A stretch of DNA of 64,000 nt from NCBI RefSeq assembly GCF_963921235.1, contig NC_086098.1, forward strand, positions 7,688,001-7,752,000, given 5' to 3'. Positions 1-12,133 of this stretch are shown piece by piece. A program made the translations under genes and the position numbers. The notes under the pieces are model-generated. The model saw nothing but the letters and a program-made list of their open reading frames with translations. It did not search any database and was not told the origin of the DNA. Each line of letters begins with the position of its first letter. Within the stretch, counting starts at the first letter, position 1. Source of the stretch: Mobula hypostoma. Lineage: Eukaryota.

Positions 1-60
1 CTCTTTAAAAAAGGATGTAGGCAGAAGACGGGCAACTATAGGCCAGTTAGCTTAACATCA
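1..60 (+). mobile_element. CR1 LINE ORF2 fragment (runs off window start)
   Basis: Translates LFKKGCRQKTGNYRPVSLTS, matching the RT-entry motif of the other CR1 copies here. Confidence 0.75.
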
Positions 61-449
61 TTCTTCCGCGGTGAACCAGGCAAGGGCGGACACACACCCC
101 AGGTTCCCACCGATCGTACCTTTACACCCTGTGAGCCTCTGATCGTTTCCCATGAACCAGTCCTCCAAACTTCCACCAACTTGTGGGGGCACACTGCTCT
201 TTCCAGGGTTCATGGCGTGTCTCGTGCCTCAGCAAACCTGCTATTTTTATCCCCCATGCTGGGATATCACCTGTCCATCAAACTTCAAATAGTTCAAGTT
301 CAAAGCAACTGGTCTGTCAATATCTGAATTATGTTTCTTTCTCGTTAATCTCTCTCTTCTCTCTTATTAGCATTTTGAATGTTTCTCCATTGTCTTCCAT
401 TATCTCTCTCATTAGCATCATCCGTCCGGTAGCTCTGCTTGGCGTCACA
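61..449 (-). mobile_element. Probable truncated LTR-like repeat
   Basis: Non-coding block between the CR1 and L1 pieces; minus strand starts TGTGAC and has a TATA-like GATAAAAATA; no other end or TSD visible. Confidence 0.35.
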
Positions 450-450
450 G

Positions 451-3188
451 ATGACATTAGAATCTTTCCATTTAAATAAAATGGATCTTCTGGCTATTAG
501 TGTAACAAATGCAATCAAACGTCAAGCTGAAGGGGATAAATGATTAGAGTCCATCGCTGGTAATCCAAAAATTGCAGTAATAGGATGAGGTTGTAAATCA
601 ATATGCAAAACTACTGAAATAATATCAAAAATGTCTTTCCAATATTTTTCCAAAAGAGGGCAAGACCAGAACATATGTGTCAAGGAAGCTACCTCAGAAT
701 TACTTCTGTCACAGACAGGATTTATATGACCATAAAAACGAGCTAACTTATCCTTGGACATATGAGCCCTATGACCCACCTTAAATTGTATCAAAGCGTG
801 TCTAGCACACATTGAAGAAGTGTTAACTAGTTGGAGAATTTTCTCCCATTTCTCTATGGGTAACGATACCTGAATTTCTCTTTCCCATTCATTCTTAATT
901 TTATCAGATGTACCTAGATGTATTTTCATAATTAAATCATAAATAATTGCTATTAAGCTCTTCTGATAGGAATTTAAACCTAAATTTTTTTCTGTAATTT
1001 CAGTTTGATGTGGTATCGGAAAAGTAGGTAAAATAACATTCAAAAAGTTTCTAATCTGTAAATATCTGAAAAAATGAGACCTAGGCAAATTATATTTATT
1101 AGACAACTGTTCAAAAGACATGAGGCAATTATCCATGAATAAATCACGAAAACATGTTCGTTTTCCATAAAAGAAAAGTTTGATCAATTCTGGATGGTTG
1201 GGAAAAAAAATTGGATATAATAGGACTTGATCGGATAAATTTATTCAATCCAAAAAATTTATGAAATTGAAACTCTATTTGTATTATATGTTTAATTATT
1301 GGATTAATCATTTGTTTATTCAGTTTAGTAAGTGCAAAGGGAAGCGAAGTCCCTAAAATAGAAGCCAATGAGAACCCCTGTACAGACTCACACTCGAGGT
1401 TCACCCATCGTGGACATTGAATTTCATCCAAATCTTGTATCCAAAACGTTAGATATCGAATATTAATTCCCTAATAATAGAATCTAAAGTTTGGCAATGC
1501 CAAACCACCATCCTTTTTTGATTTCTGTAAATATTTATTATTTAACCTAGGATTTTTATTCTGCCATTATATATGAAGAAATTTTAGAATCAATAAAATC
1601 AAAAAAAGATTTAGAGATGAAGTATGGTACTGCCTGAAATAGATTCAGAAATTTAGGTAAAATAAACATCTTAATAGCGTTAATCCAGCCAATTAATGAT
1701 AAGGACAACGGGAACCATTTAGTAAGCAATTGTTTAACATGGTCAATTAAGGGTAAACAGTTAACTTTAAATAGATCCTTATGCTTCTTGGTAATTTTAA
1801 CACCCAAATAAGTAAAATAATCAGTAACCAGTCTAAATGGTGATTGTCTATAGATTGGGACATGCATATTTAATTGGAAAAGCTCACTCTTATTAAGATT
1901 CAATTAATAACCAGAGAAACTACTAAACTGAGCAAGTATTGATATTACTGCAGGGATGGATTTCTCTGGGTTAGAGATATATAGTAACAGGTCATCTGCA
2001 TATATTGATACTTTATGCGTCCCATTCCCACGAATAATACCAAATATATTGGGTGAATCACGAAGAGCGATTGCCAAGGGCTCCAAGGCAATATTAAATA
2101 GTAAAAGGCTTAAAGGACAGCCTTGTCTAGTACCTCGAAAAAGCCTAAAAAAGGGAATCTCTGATCATTAGTAAGTACAGAAGCCGAAGGTGTATGACAT
2201 ATCCATTTAATCCAAGATATAAATTTTGGGCTAAAATTAAATTTCTCAAGCGTGTTAGATATATATTCCAATTCAACTCCATCAAACGCCTTCTTGGCGT
2301 CAAGCGAAATAACACATTCTAGAGTTTTAGATGAAGTATATACAAAGTTCATTAACCTCCTAACATTAAAATACAAATAACGATTTTTAATAAATCCTGT
2401 CTGGTCGTCAGAGACAATTTGTGGCAATATATTTTCCAATCTAATTGCTAGTATTCTGGAAAAGATTTTGGAGTCCACATTCAACAAGGATATAGGTCTA
2501 TATGATGCACATTCAGTGGGGTCTTTATCTTTTTTAGGAATTAAAGAAATAGATGCTTCATAAAAGGACTGTGGTAATTTACCTACAAACAAGGCATCCT
2601 TAAAGATTCTACATAACCAAGGAGAAAGTAGATTTGAAAAAGATTTTAAAAATTCTACTGTATACCCATCCAGACCGGGTGCTTTACCAGAATTCATCGA
2701 AGAAATTGTTTCCTTTATTTCGTCTACCGTAATGGCTGCATCTAGTGCTAAACGTTCATTAAGTTGTAATTTTGGAATATTCAATATCCTTAAAAATTCA
2801 TGCATTATGTTAGAGTCATCAGGAAATTCTGACTGGTATAAAGAGGTATAGGATTCTTGAAAAGATTTGTTAATTTTGTCATGGTCAACCATCAAAATAC
2901 CATCCTGTTTACGTATTTTAATAATCTGACATTTAGCCGAAGTAGCTTTCAATTGGTTGGCTAGTAATTACCCGATTTATCACCATATATATAAAATTGA
3001 ATCTTAGTTTTAAGTAATAAATTTTCATTCGGGGATGTTAATAACAAACTGTGTTGCATCTGAAGTTCAACTCTCTTTTTATAAAGCTCCAGATTAGGAG
3101 CAACAGAATATATTTTATCAATTTCTTTAATCTTATCAACCGATGTATGTATTTCATTATTAATTTGTTTTTTCAATCCAGCAGAATA
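451..3188 (-). pseudogene. L1-clade LINE ORF2 (RT plus C-terminal Cys/His domain), frameshifted; endonuclease domain absent
   Basis: ORF pieces 2961-3176, 2110-2952 (KAPGLDG, YRPISLLNVDSK, SLDAKKAFD), 1904-2086 (YADDLLL), 1556-1903 (FTYLGVKI) and 522-1187 (CDRS..SLTHMFWSC). Confidence 0.9.
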
Positions 3189-4069
3189 TGTCCGGATTCC
3201 GGTTCGTGGTCCGGTCCATGTTCCTTATTCCAGGTTTTCTGGTTTTCTCTTTTTTCTGTTGGGTGCTCTAATTGAGGCAGCTGATTCACATTTTGGGCTG
3301 GCTACATAAATAGCTCCTTGGTTCAGCTTCAGTTGCTGGATTGTTCCTGTCAAAACCTCCTGTCTGAATCCCTTCTTGGCCCCTTCCTCCTGAAGCCTTG
3401 TCCTGCAACCAGTGTCTGTAACCTTGCATTGCCTCACCTCGCCTTCCCTGCAACCTTTGCCTGCACCACTGTCAAGTTCAACCTTTGGAGCAAGACTGGA
3501 GCCTTGCTGTGTCAGGATAAGAAACTGTCTGTTATTGTTTGGAACTGTCTCTCTGTGTCCATGCCTTCACTAGGTAGGTCTGTCTGTTTGCCACTACATA
3601 GTGTTGAGAATTGTCTCTGTGTCCACGCCTTCACTGAGTAGGTCTGGCCATTTGCCGCTACCTTGTGCTGGGAACTGTTTCTCTGTGTTCTGTGTTTGAG
3701 TCCTGGCCCCATGTCCTGCTCTCTAGGAGGGGCCCTGTCTCTGTGTAGAGTCCCAGCCCTAAGTCCTGTTCCCAAGGAGGGGTCCTGGCTCTGTGTTCTA
3801 TGTCTCTGTGTTCCTGTTCTCTCAAGACCAAGGTTCTATGTTCCTGTCTTCCAAGACCAAGGCTCTGCGTTCCTGTCTCCCTCGACCTAGTCAAGGCTTC
3901 GTGTTCTCATCCTGTCCATGTGCCTTGCCCAGCCCAGGAGTACCATGCCCAGCCCGGTGCAGGGGTTCCCTCATCCTGTCCAGGAGTCTTTTGTCCTGTC
4001 CAAGCCATGTCCTAGAACCTTGTCTTGTCCAAGCCACATCCAAGAACCTTGTCCTGTCTATCATGCCGA
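3189..4069 (+). mobile_element. Truncated LTR related to the solo LTR at 62580-63562
   Basis: Shares GGTCCGGTCCAT, CTAATTGAGGCAGCTGAT and GGCTGGCTRCATAAATA with 62580ff; internal tandem repeats (CAAGACCAAGG...). Confidence 0.65.
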
Positions 4070-4344
4070 TGTGAGGTCACGTGATTGCATGTGCCCAGTG
4101 ACTATATAAGGGTTGACCCAGATGACGCAGTTAGTTTTTGAGTTTGTGGATTTCCAGGTAGAACGTGCTGTATCTCTGTTTCTGTTGCATGTTTGTTTTT
4201 GTGACGTAGTTTAATTTTTAAAACGGAAGGTGTGTCTTCTTACAAGATATGTATTATTGAACTGGAAATTTGTGGCTGGAAGTACCAATTTACTCAATTC
4301 TGACAGATTTGATCTTTAGTTGCCTTCTGTTGATTTGCCTCTTG

Positions 4345-5750
4345 AAGGCAAATCTCCAAAATTGAAAAGAATGCAAAATACCACCCAGAGTCAAAACATT
4401 TAGAGAAGAATGCCATAAAAAACACCAAACAAATGTTAAAAAAACCGCTGTTTGCAAAACATTTTGAAAGGCGAGTTCCTGAAAAGTGAAACAGAATACA
4501 ATCTTATTAATATTTCAGGAAAAAAACAATCAATCACCTAATCAGATTCTTAATTATTTTTAAAAACAAACAATTGAAAATAATAAAATAAAATAATAAA
4601 GAAAAAAGGAACTTTAACATAAAAGCATGACAAACATCCATACTCTAAAACAAAGTACAAGTGTTATCAAACCAAGGACAAAGTTCTTCAAACTTTTATG
4701 AACTAGTTATTAACTTATAAACCAAATGAGTAGAGATATGAAGAAACAGTAAATTTATTAGAGAACTGAGATTGAACGTTGATCCTCAAGGAATTGATGA
4801 GCTTCGTCCATGGATTTAAACAATTTGCGTGATTTATCAGGCGGAACAACTCTTAGGTGAGCTGGAAATAGCAGAGCTTGTTGGAACTTTCTTTGATAGA
4901 GCTCGGACATCACCGGTTTAAAAAGCGATCTTTCTCGCATTACCTCCGGACTGTTGTCTTCAACTAGACAAAACTTGAGGTCTCCATATTCAATCATCCT
5001 TTTCCGATGGGCAATTCGAATTAAATGCTCCTTGCTATGCACATAGTGGAATCGAAGTATAACCGGTCCAGGTTTCAACTCTTAAGAAGTTTTGCTCTTA
5101 AAGCCCAGCGAGCATGATCAAGTATGAGGAGAGTAGAAAAAACTTCAGAGCTGAACACGTCCATTAGAAATTGAGAAAAGAATTTCGTAAGATCACCACT
5201 CTCAACGTCTTCATGGAGTCCTATTATTCGCAAATTCTGTCTACGACTGCGACTTTCCAGGTCAATAATCTTGACTTTATACTGTTCCAATGCTTGAGTG
5301 GTCGAAGTTAATTTCTTTTCCAACAAATCTAGTCTACGATCTCTCTGTCTACCAGCTTCATTGAGTTCAGAAATTTGCCGTTGTTGTTTTTCACTCTCGC
5401 GCTTAAGTGCTCCCAGTCTACCTTCAATCTCCTTTAACAATACTTCCAAAGTAGAAAATCTTTTATCAAATTTATCATCCAGGAGCTTCAACATAGCCTC
5501 CAAAGTAAGTTGAGCCTGTTTAGGCTGTTTAGAATCGCCTTCTGTCCATTTCCATTATCAGCTTCCTTGCCTTCGATTAATGCTTTTTTCCCTCTGGTAT
5601 CCATTTCCAACGACTAAAAATTAAAGTTCAAGCATATAAAAGTGTTATAAACACTTTAATATAGACAGTAAAAGGGTGGTAAAAAGATTGAAAAATGAAT
5701 GGAGCAAAGCCAAAGTGCAGCTTACCCCACCTAGTGCCCCAAGAGAACCC
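4345..5750 (-). mobile_element. 5' part of L1-clade LINE (5'UTR, ORF1, T-rich inter-ORF region)
   Basis: Contains ORF1; A-rich plus strand at 4420-4750 fits a T-rich L1 spacer. Confidence 0.75.
4758..5604 (-). pseudogene. L1 ORF1 RNA-binding protein (coiled coil, RRM, CTD), frameshifted
   Basis: Coiled coil then DLESRSRRQNLRIIGLHE, PVILRFHY, ALLFPAHLRV; ORFs 5075-5503 and 4758-5078; likely ATG at 5604. Confidence 0.85.
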
Positions 5751-5784
5751 AGTCTGAAGGAATTCAACGCTCCATCAAAAAACG

Positions 5785-7151
5785 GCGTCGGTGGTGGGGA
5801 AACTGCTGGAGTCAGTTATCAAGGATGTGATAACAGCACATTTGGAAAGCGGAGAAATGATCGGACAAAGTCAGCATGGATTTGTGAAAGGAAAATCATG
5901 TCTGACGAATCTCACAGAATTTTTTGAGGATGTAACTAGTAGAGTGGATAGGGGAGAACCAGTGGATGTGATATATTTGGATTTTCAAAAGGCTTTTGAC
6001 AAGGTCCCACACAGGAGGTTAGTGTGCAAACTTAAAGCACACAGTATTGGGGGTAAGGTATTGATTTGGATAGAGAATTGGTTGGCAGACAGGAAGCAAA
6101 GAGTGGGAATAAACGGGACTTTTTCAGAATGGCAGACAGTGACTAGTGGGGTACCGCAAGGTTCAGTGCTGGGACCCCAGTTGTTTACAATATATATTAA
6201 TGACTTGGATGAGGGAATTAAATGCAGCATCTTCAAGTTTGCGGATGACACGAAGCTGGGTGGCAGTGTTAGCTGTGAGGAGGATGCTAAGAGGATGCAG
6301 GGTGACTTGGATAGGTTAGGTGAGTGGGCAAATTCATGGCAGATGCAATTTAATGTGGATAAATGTGAGGTTATCCACTTTGGTGGCAAAGACAGGAAAA
6401 CAGATTATTATCTGAATGGTGGCCGATTAGGAAAAGGGGAGGTGTAACGCGACCTGGGTGTCATTATACACCAGTCAATGAAAGTGGGTGTTCAGGTAGC
6501 AGGCAGTGAAAAAGGCAAATGGCATGCTGGCATTCATAGCAAGAGGATTCGAGTACAGGAGCAGGGAGGTCCTACTGCAGTTGTACAAGGCCTTGGTGAG
6601 ACCACACCTGGAGTATTGTGTGCAGTTTTGGTCCCCTAATCTGAGGAAAGACATCCTTGCCATAGAGGGAGTACAAAGAAGGTTCACCAGATTGATTCCT
6701 GGGATGGGAGGACTTTCATATGATGAAAGACTGGATCAACTAGGTTGGAATTTAGAAGATTGAGGGGGGATCTGATTGAAACATATAAAATCCTAAATGG
6801 ATTGGACAGGCTAGATGCAGGAAGATTGTTCCCGAAGTTGGGGAAGTCCAGAATGAGAGGTCACAGTTTGAGGATAAAGGGGAGGGTTATTAGGACCGAG
6901 ATGAGTAAAAACTTCTTCACACAGAGTGGTGAATCTGTGGAATTCTCTGCCACAGGAAACAGTTGAGGCCAGTTCATTGGCTATTTTTAAGAGGGAGTTA
7001 GATATGGCCCTTGTGGCTAAAGGGATCGGGGGTATGGAGAGAAGGCTGGTACAGGGTTCTGAGTTGGATGATCAGCCATGATCATACTGAATGGCGGTGC
7101 AGGCTCGAAGGGCCGAATGGCCTACTCCTGCACCTATTTTCTATGTTTCTA
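5785..7151 (+). mobile_element. 5'-truncated CR1 LINE (family A)
   Basis: QHGF, DFQKAFDKV, GVPQGSVLGP, KFADDTK motifs; tail CCTATTTTCTATGTTTCTAT; closely matches the 3' part of 42205-45145. Confidence 0.95.
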
Positions 7152-8780
7152 TTGCACTCGGTAGATACACATGAAGGTGCAGGGGACAGGGCTTCAGGTT
7201 CTTGGATCACTGGGATCTCTTCTGGGGGAGGTATGACCTGTTCAAAAGTGACGGGTTGCACCTGAACCTGAGGGGAACCAATATTCTTACGGACAGGTTT
7301 GTTAGAGCCGTTGGGGAGGGTTTAAGCTAATTTGGCAGTGAGGTGGGAACCAGATTGAAGGGACTCAGGGTTAGCCGGATGGTGAAAAAGCAAATATAAT
7401 ATTAAGTCAGACTGTAGGAAGGGCAGGCAGATGATAGGACAAAATTGCAGCCAGCAGGGTGAGTTATTATTGCATTAAGGATGCAGAATCAAAAAGGGTA
7501 GCAAATATAGTGCTCAAAGTGTCAACAGAGTATAAGATATAAGGTGGGTGATCTTGTTGCACTAGGTATGATATTGTGGCCATCTCTGAATCATGGCTGA
7601 AGAATGGTTGCAGTTGGGAGCTGAATGTCCAAGGTTACATGTTGTGTTGAAGGGATAGGAAGGTCGACAGAGGTTGCCATGGCTCTGCTGGTAAGGAATG
7701 GCATCAAATCAGTAGAAAGATGTGACATAGGATTGGAAGATGTTAAATCCTTGTCAGGTGAGTTAAGAAGGTACCTGATGGCAGTTATATACTGGCCTCC
7801 CAACAGTAGCTGGGATGTGGACCACAGATTACAACAGGAAATAGAAAAGGAGTGTTAAAAAGGCAATGTTAGGATCGTCATGGGTGATTTCAACGTGCAA
7901 GTCAACTGGGAAAATCAGGTTGGAAATAGATCCCAAGAGAGTGAGTTTGTTGAATGCCTAAGAAATTGCTTTTTAGAGCAGTTTGTCATTGAGCCTACTA
8001 GGGGATCTGCTATACTGGATTGGGTGTTATGTAATGAACCTAAGGTGATTAGGGAGCTTAAGGTAAAAGAACTCAATGGAGATAGTGATCACAATATGAT
8101 TGAGTTCAATTTGAAATTTGATAGGGAAAAAGTATAGTTCGATGTAGCAGGATTTCAGTGGAGTAAAGAAAATTACAGTGGTACGAGAGAGGAATTAGCC
8201 AAAGTAAATTGGAAGGAGATGTTGGCAGGGATGACAGCAGATCAGTAATGACATGAGTTTCTGGGAAAAATGAGGAAGGTGCAGGATCAATGTATTCCAA
8301 AAATGAAGAAATTCTCAATTGGCAAAATAGTACAACTGTGGCTGACTAGGGAAAGCATAGCTAATATAAAAGCAAAAGAGAGCGGATTCAACAAAGCAAA
8401 AATTAACAGGAAAATAGAGGATTGGGAAGCTTTTAAAAACCTACAAAGAGTACCAATAGAATTATTTGGAGGGAAAAGATGAAATTTGAAAACAAGCTAG
8501 TAAACAATATCAAATTGGACAGTAAAAGCTTTTTCAAGTATGCAAAAAATAAATGAGAGATGAGAGTGGATATAGGACCACTAGTAAATGAGGCCGTAGA
8601 AATAATAACAGGGGCCAAGGAGATGGCAGATTAGCTAAATGAGTATTTTGCTTCAGTCACTAGCAATGTGCCAGATGTTGAAGGGTGTGAGGGAAGATAA
8701 GTGAGTGCAGTTACTGTTAGAAGGGAGAAGGTGTTCAGAAAGCTGAGAGACCAGATGAACTGCACCCTAGGGTTCTGAAA

Positions 8781-9955
8781 TTGAATTCAATTGAATTGAA
8801 TTGATTTTATTACTTACATCCTTCATATACATGAGAAGTAAAAATCTTTATGTTACAACTCCATCTAAATGTGCAATGTAATATTATAAATAGTATGTAC
8901 ATTCGGGCCCTTTTTACGCACCTGCCTCTGTAATTGTCCTGAGTAGCGAGAAGTTCACACCTACAGATGTGCTGGGCTGTCCGCACCACCCTCTGCAGAG
9001 ACCTGCGATTGATACCATACCAGGCAGTGATGCAGCCAGTCAGGATGCTCTTAGTTATAGACAATAGACAATAGGTGCAGGAGTAGGCCATTCAGCCCTT
9101 CGAGCCAGCACCACCATTCACTGTGATCATGGCTGATCATCCACTATCAGTATCCAGTTCCTGCCTTATCCCCATAACCTTTGATTCCACTATCTTTAAG
9201 AGCTCTATCCATCTTTCTTGAAAGCATCCAGAGACTTGGCCTCCACAGCCTTCTGGGGCAGAGCATTCCATATATCCACCACTCTCTGGGTGAAAAAGTT
9301 TTTCTTTAACTCGGTTCTAATTGGCCTACCCTAATTCTTAAACTGTGGCCTCTAGTTCTGGACTCACCCATCAGCGGGAACATGCTTCCTGCCTCCAGCA
9401 TGTCCAATCCCTTAATAATCTTATATGTTTCAATAAGATCCCCTCTCAGCCTTCTAAATTCCAGAGTATACAAGCCCAGTCGCTCCAATGTTTTGACATA
9501 TGACAGTCCCACCATCCCGGGAATTAACCTTGTGAACCTACGCTGCACTCCCTCAATAGCAAGAGTGTCCTTCCTCAAATTTGGAGACCAAAACTGCACA
9601 CAGTACTCCAGGTGTGGTCTCACCAGGGCCCTGTACAGTTGTGTCCCTATAGAAAGTTCCTCGAATTTGGGGGGTCATACCAAACTTTTTCAACTGTCTG
9701 AGGTGAAAGAGGACTATTGTGCCTTTTTGACTACACATCCAGTATGTACATACCACTTGACGTCTTTGGTGTAGGCAGTGGAACTTAAAGCTGTTCAACC
9801 TCTCAACCCCAGATCCATTGATCAATAGGGGTTAGCCTGTCTCCATTCCTCCTGTGATCCACAACCAGCTCCTTTGTTTTTGTGACATTGAGGAAAAGGT
9901 TGTTTTCTTGACACCACTGTGTCAGGGTGCTTTTGTTGCATTGAGGGAGATACAT
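8781..9955 (-). mobile_element. Rex1/Babar-type LINE 3' fragment nested in CR1
   Basis: WCQENNLFLNVTKTKELVVD, FHLRQLKKFG, SILTGCITAWYG..LQRVVRTAQ; TTGAA-repeat tail at 8781. Confidence 0.8.
9057..9636 (-). mobile_element. CR1 3' fragment (family C) nested in the Rex fragment
   Basis: RPHLEYCVQFWSP..RTRGHSL; ATTGTCT-repeat tail; closely matches 57147-57887. Confidence 0.9.
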
Positions 9956-11109
9956 TGAAAGAGGTAGCAGTAGAGGTTGTGGAGACATTAGTAATGATCT
10001 TCTGAAAATCATTGAACTCTGGTATGGTGCCAGAGGACTGGAAAATTGCAAATGTCACTCCACTCTTTAAGAAAGGAGGAAAGCAGCAGAAAGAAAATTA
10101 TAGACCAGTTAGCTGGACCTCAGTGGTTGGGAAGATGTTAGATTCAGTTGCTAAGGATGAGATTATGGAGAACTTGGTGACAAAGGACAAGACAGGACAA
10201 AGTCAGCATGGCTTCCTTAAGAGAAAATCATGCCTGACAAACCTGTTGGAATTCTTTGAGATTACACGTAGGATAGATAAAGGGCATGCAGTGGATGTTG
10301 TATATTTGGACTTTCAGATGGTCTTTGACAAGGTGCCACACATGAGGCGGCTTACAAAGTTAAGAGCCCATGGTGTTACAGGAAAGTTACTTGCATGGTT
10401 AGAGCATTGGCTGATTGGTAGGAGGCAGCGAGTGGGAATCTTTTTCTGGTTGGCTGCCACTGGCAAGTAGTGTTCTGCAGGGGCCAGTGTTGGGAGCGCT
10501 TCTTTTTATGCCGTATATTAATGATTTAGATGATAAAATAGATGGCTTTGGTGCCAAGTTTGCATATGATACAAAGATTGGTGGATGGACAGGTAGTATT
10601 GAGGAAACAGGTAAAATGCAGAAAGATTTAGATAGATTAGGAGAATGGGCATGAGAGTGGCAAATGAAATACAATGTTGGAAAATGCATAGTTACACACT
10701 TTGGAAGTAGAAATAAATGTGCAGACTATTTTCTAAACAGGGAGAAAATCTAAAAATCTGAGTTGGGATTCCTAAAAGTTAACTTGTGGGTGGAGTCGGT
10801 GGTGAGGAAGGCAAATGCAATATTAGCACTCATTTCAAGAGGTTTAGAATACAATAGCAGGGATGTGATGCTGAGGCTTTTTTAAGGCACTGGTGAGGCC
10901 TCACCTTGAGTATGTGAACAGTTTTGGGCTCTTCACCTAGGATGTGTTGGCAATGGAGCGGGTTTGGAGGAGGTTCACAAGGATGAATCTGGGAATGAAA
11001 GGGTTATCATACGAGGAACGTTTGATGGCTCTGGGTCTGTACTCGCTGGAATTTAGAAGCATGAGAGGGGATGTCATTGAATCCTTTTGATCCTTGAAAG
11101 GCTTAGATA

Positions 11110-11218
11110 GAGTAGATGTGTAAAGGATGTTTCCCATGGTCGGGGAGTAGATGTGTAAATGATGTTTCCCATGGTCGGGGAGTAGATGTGTAAAGGATGT
11201 TTCCCATGGTTGGGGAGT
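11110..11218. repeat. 35-bp tandem triplication inside CR1
   Basis: Unit GAGTAGATGTGTAAAGGATGTTTCCCATGGTCGGG at 11110, 11145 and 11180. Confidence 0.95.
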
Positions 11219-11529
11219 TTAAGACAAGAAGGCACAGCCTCAGAATAGAGGGTATCATTTAAAACAGATGTGGAGAAATTTCTCTAGCCAAAGGATGGTG
11301 AGTTTGTGAAAGTTATTACCACAGCAGCTGTGGAGTCCAGGACCTTAGGTGAATTTAAAGCAGAGTTTTATGTGTTCTTGACTGGACATGGCATCAAAGG
11401 TTATGGGGATAAAACTTGGGAGTGGGACTGAGGTGGGGACAAAAATATCAGCCATAATTGAATGGCAGAGCAGACTCGATGGGACAAGAAGCCTAATTCT
11501 GACCCAATGTCTTATGGTCTCACGGTATT

Positions 11530-11790
11530 ATTGAGTCTGTTGACATCACCCGTTTGTTGCATTGCCCCTGCACACCACTGCATAGAATTTTGTCCTAGTG
11601 AAAACAGACTGGTAGAATCTGCAAAGGAGAGGACTATATATTCCAAAGGACCTCAGTCTCCTCAGGAAGTAGAGGCGACTCAGCATCTGTGTTGGTGCTC
11701 CACTGAGTTCTGTCATCCAGGTGCACCCCCAGAAACATATAGGTCCTTACTACATCCGCATCATCACCATGAGTAGTAACAAGGAGCAGT
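11530..11790 (-). mobile_element. Degenerate Rex/L2-group LINE fragment
   Basis: VVRTYMFLGVHLDDRTQWSTNTDA. Confidence 0.6.
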
Positions 11791-12133
11791 GTAGGCTTAG
11801 TCTTCGTAAAGTCCATTGGATGCCCCTCTATCCTGCGGCTGTAGGGATAAAGCAAAGAGCAGATATATCAGTGTGATTGCTGATGTACAACTTTCTCCAA
11901 CAGCTGCATGCACATCTAAAATCAAACCTCCTACTTTATTAAGCCAATAAGTCTGAAAGTTCAGTTACACTGATTCCACTGAAATGTGAAGGGCCACTTG
12001 AAAATACCCTACACAGCATGGAACTTCATACATGACACCTGGTATGGGTACAACAAACTCCTTCCGGGAAAATGTTTGTCCTAGGCCCTCCAATTCATTC
12101 CAGAGAGCTGAGCTTGATAAGATGATTAATTTA

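Larger units (their letters stand above)
7155..11520 (+). mobile_element. Degenerate CR1 LINE (family B): ORF1 end, APE, RT; interrupted at 8781-9955
   Basis: DGLHLN..GTNIL; MGDFNVQVNW..SDHNMI; reading resumes as VLK|EVA across the insertion; tail TCTTATGGTCT. Confidence 0.9.

Noticed and set aside
4070..4340. Additional LTR (TATATAAG, TGACG motifs)
   Set aside because: No termini, TSD or second copy in the window, so it cannot be supported
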